Source: Rhabdothermincola salaria (GTDB lineage Bacteria > Actinomycetota > Acidimicrobiia > Acidimicrobiales > Acidimicrobilacustridaceae). From it: DNA of 64,000 nucleotides. The DNA is taken from NCBI RefSeq assembly GCF_021246445.1, contig NZ_JAJQXW010000002.1:1-64000 (forward strand), given 5' to 3'. Within the stretch, counting starts at the first letter, position 1. Each line of letters starts with the position of its first letter. Under the pieces are notes generated by a model. It worked only from the letters and a program-made list of their open reading frames with translations, did no database searches and was not told where the DNA came from. Positions 36,453 to 46,333 of this stretch are shown in pieces. The position numbers and the translations under genes are program-made.

Positions 36453-38156
36453 TCAGCCCTCGCCCGCCTCTTCCTTCTCGAGCTGGTTCTTCAGCAGCTT
36501 GCCGGTCTGGTTGTACGGCAGGGCGTCGCGGAACTCGACGTACTCCGGGACCTTGTACTTGGCCAGCGCCTCGGCCACCCAGGCCTTCACGTCGTCCTCG
36601 GTCAGACCCGAGTCCGGGCGGCGCACGACGAACGCCTTCACCTCCTGGCCGAGCACCTGGTGGTCGACGCCGATGACGGCGGCGTCGTCGATCTCGTGGT
36701 GCTCGACGAGGCGGTTCTCGATCTCGATGGGGTAGATGTTCTCGCCGCCACGGATGATGAGGTCGCGCATGCGGCTCTCGAGCACGAGCATGCCGTCGGT
36801 GATGCGGCCGAAGTCGCCGGTGCTGTACCAGCGATCATCGTCGAGGGAGTCGGCGGTGGCCTCGTCGTTGTTCCAGTAGCCGCGGAAGATGGACGCGTGG
36901 CGCAGGTGGACCTCGCCCACCTCGTCCTCCGGCAGGGGACGCCCCGACGGGTCACGGACCTCGACCTCCGTCGTGGGGTTGGCGATGCCCACCGCCTCGG
37001 GCCGGGCCTCGAGCAGGGGGCCACCGATGCCGGTGCCCATGCCGCAGCTCTCGGACATGCCGTAGCCGCAGCCGAGGCCGATCCAGGGCATCTTCTCGCG
37101 GAAGAGGCGGAACAGCTCGGGCGGGAACACGGCGCCGCCACCGCCGGCGCTGGTGACGCCGGTGAGGTCGTAGTCGTCGAAGTGCTCGTACTGCAGGAGG
37201 CGCCAGAACTGCGTGGGCACCCCGCTCCAGTTGGTGATCCCGTGCTCGACGGTGAGGTCGAGGTGGGCCTTCTCCTCCCAGCGGCCGGGCGGCGGGAAGA
37301 CCAGCTTGTTCCCCAGCTGGGGGCCCCCGATGAGGGTGGCCACCAGACCGGAGATGTGGAACATGGGGCTGGCCATGATGGTCGCCGGCTGGGGCCGGGG
37401 GCCGGCATCGGGGTCGGCCGGCGGCGCGAACTCGGCGGCCACGGCAGCCGACAGCCGGTTCGACTGGCCGAAGTGCAGGAAGCCCCGGTGGGTGAGGGTG
37501 GCCCCCTTGGGCCGGCCCGTGGTGCCGCTGGTGAACAAGATGATGGCGGGGTCGTCCTCGTGGAGGTCGACGTCGGGCCGGGTGCCCGGTCCACCGGCGA
37601 CCGCCCGTTCGACGAGCTCGTGGATCTCGACGATGGGCACGTGGACCTCGGCCTCGAGCTCGTCGAGGCGGGCCAGGCGGCGCTCGTCGCCGGTGACCAC
37701 CTTGGGCGACGTGAGCTCGATGCCGTGGACCATCTCGGGGCCCGTCCACCAACCGTTGAGACCGGTGAGGATGGCCCCCATGGACAGCACGCCCCACGCC
37801 ACCACGAGGTACTCGGGGCAGTTGGCCGCCACCACCGCCACCCGGTCGCCCTTCTCGATCCCGTACTCGTCGGCCAGCAGGCGGGCCACGGCGTAGGCGG
37901 CATCCAGGGTCTCGGCGAAGGTCTGCGTGCGGCCGGTGTCGGCGTCGACCAGCAACGGCAGGTCGCCCCACTGCTCGACGGCGTTCTCGAAAGCCGCTCG
38001 CAGGTTCGGCATCCGCTGGGCGTAGACCTCGGCCGGCGCGCCGAGGACGTCCTCCACGACGATCTCGAACGGTGCCCCCTCCCCCAGGAGGCGCTCCCGC
38101 GCATCGTCGGACAGGAAGGCAGCTCCCTGCCACGTGAGGCGAGCGGGCTCGGTCAT
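36453..38156 (-). CDS. Long-chain acyl-CoA synthetase family
   Basis: FTSGTTGRPKG, GYGMSE, STGDFG, RGGENIYP, NQTGK. Confidence 0.92.
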   Translation of the reverse strand: MTEPARLTWQGAAFLSDDARERLLGEGAPFEIVVEDVLGAPAEVYAQRMPNLRAAFENAVEQWGDLPLLVDADTGRTQTFAETLDAAYAVARLLADEYGIEKGDRVAVVAANCPEYLVVAWGVLSMGAILTGLNGWWTGPEMVHGIELTSPKVVTGDERRLARLDELEAEVHVPIVEIHELVERAVAGGPGTRPDVDLHEDDPAIILFTSGTTGRPKGATLTHRGFLHFGQSNRLSAAVAAEFAPPADPDAGPRPQPATIMASPMFHISGLVATLIGGPQLGNKLVFPPPGRWEEKAHLDLTVEHGITNWSGVPTQFWRLLQYEHFDDYDLTGVTSAGGGGAVFPPELFRLFREKMPWIGLGCGYGMSESCGMGTGIGGPLLEARPEAVGIANPTTEVEVRDPSGRPLPEDEVGEVHLRHASIFRGYWNNDEATADSLDDDRWYSTGDFGRITDGMLVLESRMRDLIIRGGENIYPIEIENRLVEHHEIDDAAVIGVDHQVLGQEVKAFVVRRPDSGLTEDDVKAWVAEALAKYKVPEYVEFRDALPYNQTGKLLKNQLEKEEAGEG

Positions 38157-38268
38157 GGTGGTTCCCCCTGGTGGTCGTCGAACGGTCGCGAAGAACGGCG
38201 CGAGCAAAAGAGGATCGCGCAACCGAGCGGGCCGGTCGTCACGCCGGTGGCACGGCCCCTTGCGATGA

Positions 38269-39459
38269 TCAGACGAGCACGCCGACCTGGGAGTACCCGC
38301 GCACGGTGGAGGTGTGCTGGCGCACGACCCGATCGGGGTCGACCTGCCAGTCGGGGAAGCGGCGCAGGGCCTCCTCCAGCCCGATGCGGCCCTCCATGCG
38401 AGCCAGGGCGGCGCCCACGCAGAAGTGGATGCCGTAGCCGAACGAGACGTGGTGGGCGAACTGGCGCCGCACGTCGAACCGGTCGGGATCGGGGTAGACC
38501 CGCTCGTCGCGCCCGGCGCTGCCGGTGAGCAACAAGACCTTGGAGCCCTCGGGGATGGTCACGTCGTGGACGGTGACCTCCCGGGTCGTCCAGCGACCCT
38601 GCACCGGCGAGGGGGCCTCGAAGCGCAGCAGCTCCTCGATGGCGTTGGGGACGAGCTCGGGGTGAGCCACCAGGTCGGACCGCTGGTCGGGGTGCTCGGC
38701 CAGCAGGACGGCGGCGTTGCCCAACAGGCGCATGACCGTCTCGGTGCCGGCGGTGAACAACAGCAGCGTGAAGTCGGTGATCTCCGAGCGGGTGAGGCTG
38801 CGCACCTCGCCGTGCTCGTCGGTGATCTCGGCGTGGCAGAGCACGCTGATGAGGTCGTCGGTGGTGGGATCGGCCATGCGCCGTTCCACCAGGGCATCGA
38901 GGTACTCGTACAGCTTGATGCGGAACCCCAGAGCGGTCTCGTTGATCATGCCGACGCCGGGCTCGATGTGGAAGATGCCGTCGATGTTGTGGCGCTGCTC
39001 CTCGCGGTCCTCGTCGGGCACGCCCACCAGCCGGGCGATCACCCGAGAGGGGAGCTGGGCCCCGAAGTCCTGCACGAAGTCGAACCCGGTCGAGCCCACG
39101 TGCGGGTCGAGGAGCTCGGCGCACAGCCCACGCACCTCGTCCTCCATGGCCGCCATGCGCCGCGGGGTGAAGGCACGCGACACCAGGGCCCGGTGGATGG
39201 TGTGCTCGGGCGGGTCCATGAAGATGATCTGGCCGGTGTTGCTCAGGTCGGGGCCCATGATCTCGAGCACGGTGCCGTGGGCCGAGCTGTAGGTGCCCGG
39301 GTCGCGGTGGGCAGCCTCGACGTCGTGGAAGCGGCTGAGGGCCCAGAAGTCGAACCGGTCGTTGCGGTAGACGGGGGCCTCGTCGCGCATGCGCGTCCAG
39401 ACCGGGTGGGGGTTCGTGTCGATCTCGGTGTCGAACGGATCCCAGTAGATGTCGCTCAT
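38269..39459 (-). CDS. Cytochrome P450
   Basis: [20 protein letters not shown]. Confidence 0.96.
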   Translation of the reverse strand: MSDIYWDPFDTEIDTNPHPVWTRMRDEAPVYRNDRFDFWALSRFHDVEAAHRDPGTYSSAHGTVLEIMGPDLSNTGQIIFMDPPEHTIHRALVSRAFTPRRMAAMEDEVRGLCAELLDPHVGSTGFDFVQDFGAQLPSRVIARLVGVPDEDREEQRHNIDGIFHIEPGVGMINETALGFRIKLYEYLDALVERRMADPTTDDLISVLCHAEITDEHGEVRSLTRSEITDFTLLLFTAGTETVMRLLGNAAVLLAEHPDQRSDLVAHPELVPNAIEELLRFEAPSPVQGRWTTREVTVHDVTIPEGSKVLLLTGSAGRDERVYPDPDRFDVRRQFAHHVSFGYGIHFCVGAALARMEGRIGLEEALRRFPDWQVDPDRVVRQHTSTVRGYSQVGVLV

Positions 39460-39462
39460 GGA

Positions 39463-40290
39463 TCAGTACCTGCCGTAGAGGAAGTCGACGGCCGGGGTGG
39501 CCGCCGGGAACGACCCGGTGGCACCGGCCACCGTGTAGCCGGCATCGACGATGATGGTCTGGCCGTTGAGGTAGCGCGCCGCGTCGCTGCACACGAAGGC
39601 GAGCACGTCGGCCTGCTCCTCGGGAGTGGAGGCGTCGACCCCGGCGGCGTCGCGGAAGTCCTTGCCGAACTCGAGCCACAGGTCCTTGTTGGCCAGGGCG
39701 AGCGGGGTCTCGGTGGGCCCGGGCAGGATGGCGTTGAGCCGGATGCCCTTCTGCAGCATGGCGAAGGACTGGCGGGCGACGTAGGCGCACACCGCCTGCT
39801 TGGACCACATGTAGTCGGCCGTGCCCGGGTGGGCCTCGACCCAGGCCACCGCGCTGTCGAAGTCGGGGGTGTCGAGGTACTCCTTCAGGCGCTCGAGGTT
39901 CTTCTCCCAGGCCAGCCCCGCCGACGACGAGATCATGCCGATGGCCGAACCGCGCCCCAGCATCCCGGCGTCGATGGCCCGGTCGATGAGGTGGCGGTGC
40001 CCGATGAAGTTGATCTTCTCGATGCCCGGCGTGCCGTCGGCGACGCCGGCGCAGGAGAAGAGCGCGTCGATGCGCCCGCCGCACTCGTCGACGGCGGCGT
40101 CGATGCCCGCTCTGTCGCGCAGGTCGAGCGAGATCGCCGTCACCCCGTCGAGCTCGACGGGCGCATGGTCCATGACCACGACCTCGGCCCCCAGGTCCTT
40201 GACCAGCTGCGCGGTGGCCGCGCCCATCCCCGTGGCTCCACCCACGACCAGTGCCCTCTTGCCGTCGTAGCGGTATGACGCAGCGCCCAT
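39463..40290 (-). CDS. SDR family oxidoreductase (3-alpha-HSD / coniferyl alcohol dehydrogenase-like)
   Basis: VGGATGMG, ISSSAG, YMWSK. Confidence 0.88.
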   Translation of the reverse strand: MGAASYRYDGKRALVVGGATGMGAATAQLVKDLGAEVVVMDHAPVELDGVTAISLDLRDRAGIDAAVDECGGRIDALFSCAGVADGTPGIEKINFIGHRHLIDRAIDAGMLGRGSAIGMISSSAGLAWEKNLERLKEYLDTPDFDSAVAWVEAHPGTADYMWSKQAVCAYVARQSFAMLQKGIRLNAILPGPTETPLALANKDLWLEFGKDFRDAAGVDASTPEEQADVLAFVCSDAARYLNGQTIIVDAGYTVAGATGSFPAATPAVDFLYGRY

Positions 40291-40363
40291 GTCGCCCCTC
40301 TCGTGTTCTCACGGGCCGGGACGGCCCGTTCCCGGGGTCGGCCCACACGCCCGTTCCCCACGT

Positions 40364-40380
40364 CCGTATACAGTATGCGC
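40364..40380. promoter_or_regulatory. 7-3-7 palindromic operator candidate, site C
   Basis: CCGTATA-CAG-TATGCGC between the divergent SDR-P450 and ALDH genes. Confidence 0.55.
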
Positions 40381-40448
40381 TCCGACCGAAGGGTGCCGCG
40401 GGGGCGTCGCGCTCCCGGCACGAACCGGGCCCCGGGGCCCGAGGGGGA

Positions 40449-41930
40449 ATGGACCACATGGGCGAGTTGTGGCACGAGGAACGCCTCTACATCGACGGTG
40501 AGCTGGTCGACGCCGAGGGCGGCAAGGTCTACGACAACGTGAACCCGGCCACCGAGGAGGTCATCGGGGTCGCAGCCGACGCCAGCGCCGCCGACCTCGA
40601 ACGGGCCATCGCCGCCGCCCGGCGCGCCTTCGACGAGTCCGGGTGGTCCACCGACGTCGCGCTGCGGGTGCGGTGCCTGCGCCAGCTCCACCAGGCCATG
40701 GTCGAGCACCACACCGAGCTGGGCGACCTCACCATCGCCGAGGTGGGCGCCCCCCGGCTGCTCATCGACGGCCCCCAGTTGGCCACCCCCCGCGACTACC
40801 TCATCTTCTACGCCGACCTGGCCGAGTCCTACGACTGGTCCACCGACCTCGGCGAGGCCGACACCATGGCCGGCCGGATGCACCGCTGGGTCACCAAGGA
40901 GGCCGCCGGCGTCGTCGCCGCCATCACGCCGTGGAACTACCCGACCCAGATCAACATGGCCAAGCTCGCCCCGGCCCTGGCCGCCGGGTGCACCGTGGTG
41001 CTGAAGCCGGCACCGGACACGCCCTGGTCCGGTCTGGCCCTCGGTCGACTGGCCGCCGAGCACACCGACCTGCCGGCCGGCGTGCTCAACGTGGTCACCT
41101 CCTCGGACAAGGCCATCGGCGAGGTGCTCACCACCTCGCCCGCCGTCGACATGGTCAGCTTCACCGGCTCCACCGCGGTCGGGCGGCGCATCATGGAAGC
41201 GGGCGCCGAGACGATCAAGAAGGTGTTCCTCGAGCTGGGCGGCAAGTCGGTGCACATCGCCCTCGACGACATGGACGACATCGGTGCCGCCGTCGGCGGG
41301 GCCTGCTTCCAGGTGTGCACCCACGGGGGCCAGGGCTGCGCCACCACCAGCCGCCTGCTCATCCCCCGCGACCGCTACGAGGAAGGCGTGGAGGCCGCCG
41401 GGGCCCTCATCGCGGCGCTCCCCTACGGCGACCCCACCGAGCCCGGCAACATGACCGGCCCCATCGTCAACGCCGCCCAGCTGGCCCGCATCGACGCCAT
41501 GGTCCGCCAGGCCGTGGCCGACGGCGCCCGGGTCGTCGTCGGCGGCGGCATCGCCGAGCAGTTCGACAAGGGCTTCTGGTTCCAGCCCACCCTGTTGGCC
41601 GACGTCACCAACGACATGGCCATCGCCCGCGAGGAGATCTTCGGGCCGGTGCTGGTGGCCATCGCCTACGACAGCGACGACGAAGCCGTGGCCATCGCCA
41701 ACGACTCCGTCTTCGGGCTCTCGGGGGCGGTCGTGGGCGCCGACCGCGAGCGTTGCCTGGCCGTGGCCCGACGCATCCGCACCGGCACCATGGCCATCAA
41801 CGGCGGCCTCTGGTACGGCGCCGACGTGCCCTTCGGCGGCTACAAGCAGTCCGGCGTCGGCCGCGAGATGGGTGTGGCCGGCTTCGAGGAGTACCTCGAG
41901 CAGAAGGCCTACGCCGAGCCCGCCGGCTGA
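40449..41930 (+). CDS. Aldehyde dehydrogenase
   Basis: ITPWNYP, FTGSTAVG, LELGGK, GQGC, EEIFGP. Confidence 0.95.
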   Translation: MDHMGELWHEERLYIDGELVDAEGGKVYDNVNPATEEVIGVAADASAADLERAIAAARRAFDESGWSTDVALRVRCLRQLHQAMVEHHTELGDLTIAEVGAPRLLIDGPQLATPRDYLIFYADLAESYDWSTDLGEADTMAGRMHRWVTKEAAGVVAAITPWNYPTQINMAKLAPALAAGCTVVLKPAPDTPWSGLALGRLAAEHTDLPAGVLNVVTSSDKAIGEVLTTSPAVDMVSFTGSTAVGRRIMEAGAETIKKVFLELGGKSVHIALDDMDDIGAAVGGACFQVCTHGGQGCATTSRLLIPRDRYEEGVEAAGALIAALPYGDPTEPGNMTGPIVNAAQLARIDAMVRQAVADGARVVVGGGIAEQFDKGFWFQPTLLADVTNDMAIAREEIFGPVLVAIAYDSDDEAVAIANDSVFGLSGAVVGADRERCLAVARRIRTGTMAINGGLWYGADVPFGGYKQSGVGREMGVAGFEEYLEQKAYAEPAG

Positions 41931-42084
41931 CGCCCGGCGGCACCACCGGGCCCTGGCCTGGGGGGGGGTGCCGTCGGCGTGGCGCACCGAGGCGGGGAGC
42001 GCGCGCCGACAGCGTTGTCGATCGAGTCGACACTCGCGCCGGCCGAGAACCGCCGCCACCACGCCGCCGCCATACCGTGGCCCG

Positions 42085-42756
42085 ATGGACGATCCCGACC
42101 CCGGCGCCGGCCCCGATCCCGGCCCGTCGACCGCGTGCCGGGTGGCCGCGCTCGGCGGGTTGGTGGGGCCGGCGGCGTTCATCGGTGCCTGGCTGGTCGG
42201 CGGGGCCGTCGCCGGGGCGGGGTACTCCCCCGTCGACGACGCCATCAGCCGGTTGGCGGCCGTCGACGCCGACACCCGCGCCCTGATGACGGCCGGCTTC
42301 GTGGTGTTCGGCGTGAGCCTCCCTGCCTACGGGGTGGCGTTGGGCCGAGCCGTGCCCGGAGCGACCTGGGCCGGCGCGGCCGCGGCGGCAACCGGCTTGG
42401 CCACCCTCGGCGTGGCACTGACGCCGCTCGACTGCTCGACCCTCGTCGACCAGTGGCACGCCGTGTTCGCCGGCCTCGGCTACCTCACCCTGGCCGCCAC
42501 GCCGCTGCTGGCGGCCCGGCCTCTGTGGCGCCGCGGACATCGGCTCCTCGCCCGCCTGGGCGTGGCCACCGGCGCCGTCTCGGGCGCGGCGCTGGTCCTG
42601 ACCGCCACCGAGCTCCCCACCGGGGTCTTCCAGCGCCTCGGCCTCACCGTCACCGACCTCTGGATCATGGTGACGGCCGCCGCCCTCCTCACCGGTCGCG
42701 TGGGCCCCACCGCCTCGGCAGTGGCGCCCACCGATCCCGCCGAGCCGGCGCGCTGA
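42085..42756 (+). CDS. DUF998 family membrane protein
   Basis: GYSPVDDAISRLA, WH in a TM segment, GVFQRLG. Confidence 0.78.
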   Translation: MDDPDPGAGPDPGPSTACRVAALGGLVGPAAFIGAWLVGGAVAGAGYSPVDDAISRLAAVDADTRALMTAGFVVFGVSLPAYGVALGRAVPGATWAGAAAAATGLATLGVALTPLDCSTLVDQWHAVFAGLGYLTLAATPLLAARPLWRRGHRLLARLGVATGAVSGAALVLTATELPTGVFQRLGLTVTDLWIMVTAAALLTGRVGPTASAVAPTDPAEPAR

Positions 42757-42778
42757 TCCGTCCGGGCGTCGGTCGGGG

Positions 42779-43957
42779 TCAGGGGATCTCGAGGACCAGC
42801 GCCGAGCCCATGCCGCCGCCGGCGCACATGGAGACCAGGCCTCGCGTGAGGCCTCGACGACGCAGCTCGTGGACCATGGTGACCACCATGCGGGCGCCGG
42901 TGGCGGCGATGGGGTGACCCAGGCTGCAGCCGCTGCCGTTGGTGTTCACGATGGTGGGGTCGATGCCGAGAGCCCGCACCGCGGCCACCGGCACCGAGCA
43001 GAAGGCCTCGTTGATCTCCCAGAGCTCGATGTCGCCGATGGCCATGCCGGCCCGCTCGAGCGCCTTGGGGATGGCCAGGGTGGGGGCCATGCCGGTGCGG
43101 GCCGGCTCGATGCCGACCGACGCCCACGCCACGATGCGGGCCAGCGGCTCGAGGCCGTGGGACGTCGCGTAGTCGGAGCTGGTCAACATCACTGCGGCGG
43201 CGGCGTCGTTGAGGCCGGCCGAGTTGCCGGCGGTGATGGTGAAGCCGTCGATCTCGGGGTGCAGGGGCTTCAGCTCGGCCAGGCCCTCGACGGTCGTGCC
43301 CCGACGGGGGTGCTCGTCGACGGCGAAGGTGAGGGTGGAGCCGTCGGGCTGGGGTGCCTCGACCGGCACGATCTGGCTCTCGAACCAACCGTTGTCGATG
43401 CTCTCGATGGCCCGGCCGTGGGTGTAGGCGGCCCACTCGTCGAGGTCGCGACGGGTGAGGCCGGCCTCCTTGGCGCAGTTGTCGCCCACGGTGATGGTCA
43501 TGTCGAAGGCGGGGGCGTCGGGCGTCTCGCGGTGGCTGGGCGACATCCACGGCACGGGATCGGCGCCCAGACTGAGGCGCTTCATGGCCGACGGCGAGGT
43601 GGACAGGCTCTCGGTGCCACCGGCGACGGCCACCGAGTCCATGCCCGCCATGATGGAGCTGGCCGCGATCTGGATGGCCGAGAGGCCGGCGGCGCAGTGG
43701 CGGTTGTCGGCCAGGCCGGGCACGCCGGTCAGGCCCAGGTCGACGGCGACGTGGCGGGCGATGACGCCGCCGCCCTGGAGGGACTCGGCCACCACGATGT
43801 CGTCGATGTCGGCGGCGGGGACGCCGCTGCGCTCGATGGCCGCCCCCACGGCGACCTCGGCGAGCTGGAAGGCGTCGACCCCGATCAGCGAGCCCTTGCG
43901 GGCCCGGCCGATGGGGGTGCGGGCGGCACTGACGATGACGGCATCGGTGGCGGGCAC
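42779..43957 (-). CDS. Thiolase (acetyl-CoA C-acyltransferase)
   Basis: ARTPIG, NRHCAAG, EINEAF, LGHPIAATG, MCAGGG. Confidence 0.95.
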   Translation of the reverse strand: MPATDAVIVSAARTPIGRARKGSLIGVDAFQLAEVAVGAAIERSGVPAADIDDIVVAESLQGGGVIARHVAVDLGLTGVPGLADNRHCAAGLSAIQIAASSIMAGMDSVAVAGGTESLSTSPSAMKRLSLGADPVPWMSPSHRETPDAPAFDMTITVGDNCAKEAGLTRRDLDEWAAYTHGRAIESIDNGWFESQIVPVEAPQPDGSTLTFAVDEHPRRGTTVEGLAELKPLHPEIDGFTITAGNSAGLNDAAAAVMLTSSDYATSHGLEPLARIVAWASVGIEPARTGMAPTLAIPKALERAGMAIGDIELWEINEAFCSVPVAAVRALGIDPTIVNTNGSGCSLGHPIAATGARMVVTMVHELRRRGLTRGLVSMCAGGGMGSALVLEIP

Positions 43958-43968
43958 GGCGGGCCTCC

Positions 43969-44889
43969 TCAGGCCTGTTCGAACTTGAGGCCGGTGGGCT
44001 GCAGGCCGAAGACCTCGCCGCCCAGGCGGGCGCCGAGCTTGGTGGCGTCCCACTTCTTCTCGTCGTTGGAGATGGTCTTCTTCTCGCGCCAGCCCTGCAT
44101 CCAGATGAGGCGGTCGTCGAGCGAGCGGATGACCTGGCCGTTCACGTAGCCCGCCTCGTCGCTGGCCAGCCAGGCCACGAGCGGGGACGAGTTGGCCGGG
44201 TCCATCGGGTGGAACTCGTCGTCGCCGATCTCGTCGGGCTCGAAGGAATCGGGCATGCCGGGCATGGTGGCGGTGATGCGGGTGAGCCCGGAGGGGCCGA
44301 CGCAGTTGCAGGTGACGCCCGAGCTGGCCAGCTCCTGGGCGAGGGTGAGGGTGAGGCCCACGATGGCGGCCTTGGCCGTGGCGTAGCTGGTCTGGCCGAA
44401 GTTGCCGGTGAGGCCGGCACCCGAGGTGGTGTTGATGATGCGGCCGTTGATGCGGTTGCCGGCCTTGGCCTGAGCCCGGAAGTACGTGGCGGCGTGGTGG
44501 CTGGTGGACCAGGTGCCTCGCAGGTGCACGGCCAGGACCTTGTCGAAGTCCTCGACCGGCATGTTCCAGATGGCGGCGTCGCGCACGATGCCGGCGTTGT
44601 TGACCACGATGTCGAGGCGGCCGTAGGTGTCGATGGCCTGCTGCACCATCTCGCCGCACTGCTCGTGGTCGGAGACGTCGCCGTAGTTGGCGCTGGCCTC
44701 ACCGCCGCGGGCCTTCACCAGGTCGACGGTCTGGTCGGCGTCGCGGCCCTCGCCCTCGCCGCGCTCGCTGCCACCGAGGTCGTTCACGATGACCTTGGCG
44801 CCGTGCTTGGCCAGCTCCATCGAGTGGCCCCGACCGATGCCGTGACCCGCTCCGGTCACGATTGCCACCTTGCCGTCGAGCATGCCCAT
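43969..44889 (-). CDS. SDR, similar to the MFE-2 dehydrogenase domain
   Basis: TGAGHGIG, VIVNDLGGS, NNAGIVRD, GNFGQTSYATAK. Confidence 0.9.
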   Translation of the reverse strand: MGMLDGKVAIVTGAGHGIGRGHSMELAKHGAKVIVNDLGGSERGEGEGRDADQTVDLVKARGGEASANYGDVSDHEQCGEMVQQAIDTYGRLDIVVNNAGIVRDAAIWNMPVEDFDKVLAVHLRGTWSTSHHAATYFRAQAKAGNRINGRIINTTSGAGLTGNFGQTSYATAKAAIVGLTLTLAQELASSGVTCNCVGPSGLTRITATMPGMPDSFEPDEIGDDEFHPMDPANSSPLVAWLASDEAGYVNGQVIRSLDDRLIWMQGWREKKTISNDEKKWDATKLGARLGGEVFGLQPTGLKFEQA

Positions 44890-44925
44890 GTGCGTCGGTT
44901 CCTCCACCATCAGGTCATCAGGGGT

Positions 44926-44942
44926 TCGGATACCTTATGCAA
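44926..44942. promoter_or_regulatory. 7-3-7 palindromic operator candidate, site D
   Basis: TCGGATA-CCT-TATGCAA between the divergent SDR-thiolase and crotonase genes. Confidence 0.65.
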
Positions 44943-44961
44943 CACGCCGATCGGGGGTCAC

Positions 44962-45795
44962 ATGACGGACAGCCACCACACGAGCGACGGACGGCCACGG
45001 CCGCCGGAAGGTGACTGGCTGGGCACGCCCTTCCTGCGCTTCGAACGCCACGGCAGCATCGCTCACTGCGTGGTCGACCGCCCCGAACGGCGCAACGCCC
45101 TCACCGGGGCCATGTACTTCGGCATCCGCTACGCCATCGACCACGTCAACGCCGACGACTCGCTGGCTGGACTGTTGATCACCGGCACCGGCGACGTGTT
45201 CATCCCCGGTGGCGACCTCGGCGCCGACCCGGTGGACGACTGGGGCGGCCCCGGCTACCTCAGCATGGACAACACGCCCTTCGACGCCGTTCGCCGCTCC
45301 CGCAAGCCGGTGGTGTGCGCCGTCAACGGCCTCACTCAGGGCGGCGGCATGCTCATCGCCATGCTCGCCGACATCGCCGTGGCCAGCGAACACGCCACCT
45401 TCCGGGCGCCCGAGCTGTTCCGGGGCATCGCCGACACCGGCTACGCCACGTACCTCCCGGCCCAGATCGGCCCGGCCCGGGCCAAGGACATGCTGTTCAC
45501 CGGCCGGGTGGTCGATGCCGCCCAGGCCCTCGACTGGGGCATCGTCACCCGCGTCGTGGCCCACGACGAGCTGATGGCCGAGGCCACCGATGCGCTCGAG
45601 TGGTGCTGTCGTTGCGCCCCCGACGCCTACGGCGAGGTCAAGCGCATCATCGGCGACGTCTACGGCCACTACGACAAGATGACCATGGAGAAGAGCCTGG
45701 CCGGCCCGGAACCGGTCGAGGGCTTCACCGCCTTCAAGGAGCGCCGCAATCCCAACTGGGTCGCCGAGGACATCCGCACCGACGGCCGCCTCTGA
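44962..45795 (+). CDS. Enoyl-CoA hydratase/isomerase family
   Basis: DRPERRNAL, KPVVCAVNG, FRAPEL. Confidence 0.88.
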   Translation: MTDSHHTSDGRPRPPEGDWLGTPFLRFERHGSIAHCVVDRPERRNALTGAMYFGIRYAIDHVNADDSLAGLLITGTGDVFIPGGDLGADPVDDWGGPGYLSMDNTPFDAVRRSRKPVVCAVNGLTQGGGMLIAMLADIAVASEHATFRAPELFRGIADTGYATYLPAQIGPARAKDMLFTGRVVDAAQALDWGIVTRVVAHDELMAEATDALEWCCRCAPDAYGEVKRIIGDVYGHYDKMTMEKSLAGPEPVEGFTAFKERRNPNWVAEDIRTDGRL

Positions 45796-45820
45796 CCCCC
45801 TGACCCTCCGACCCGCGGCA

Positions 45821-45881
45821 TCGGCGAACCTGTCGGAGAAGAGCGCCCACAGGTAGCGCCGAAGTCCGACAGGTTCGACGA
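45821..45881. repeat. REP-like palindrome / hairpin between convergent genes
   Basis: CGAACCTGTCGGA ... TCCGACAGGTTCG perfect 13-bp arms, with an inner GCGC/GCGC stem. Confidence 0.65.
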
Positions 45882-45892
45882 GGGTTGGCCGG

Positions 45893-46249
45893 CTAGGAGT
45901 GGTGGCGAGCGTCCCGGCGGACGGTACGCACGGCCAGGGCAGCGCCGGCGATCACCACGACGGCTCCGATGCCGAAGACGAGCGCCGAGACGAGCGGGTC
46001 GAGCCAGTCGCGCTCGCCACGCACGGCAGGGAGCGTGGCTCCTCCGTCGGCGTAGGTGCAGGTGCTCGGATCGAACAGGCTGTAGGCCAGTTCGCCGGCG
46101 TCGCCCTCGACGACCGGGCAGGTGTAGCTCGCCTCCACCACGGCCCTGGCGTGCGACGCCGCGCCGACGGCCACCAACAGCACGGCCACCATCACGATGG
46201 CCCCGACCTTGGCCCGGGTGCTCCACTCGATCGGCGATCCGAACGTCAC
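45893..46249 (-). CDS. Small hypothetical membrane protein (2 TM, Cys pair in the loop)
   Basis: Two hydrophobic helices flank YTCPVV...PSTCTY; CAGGAT 6 nt before the GTG. Confidence 0.6.
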   Translation of the reverse strand: MTFGSPIEWSTRAKVGAIVMVAVLLVAVGAASHARAVVEASYTCPVVEGDAGELAYSLFDPSTCTYADGGATLPAVRGERDWLDPLVSALVFGIGAVVVIAGAALAVRTVRRDARHHS

Positions 46250-46333
46250 CCGCCCATCCTGGTCGATGGGCGAGCGGCGCCCGACCGGGCCGACTCGCAC
46301 ACCTGCGGCGCCTGGGGCGGCCATGATCGGGGG

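Noticed and set aside
41960..41968. G9 homopolymer as a phase-variation switch
   Set aside because: Intergenic, more than 100 nt from the DUF998 -10 and start; a single short run in GC-rich DNA is weak evidence.
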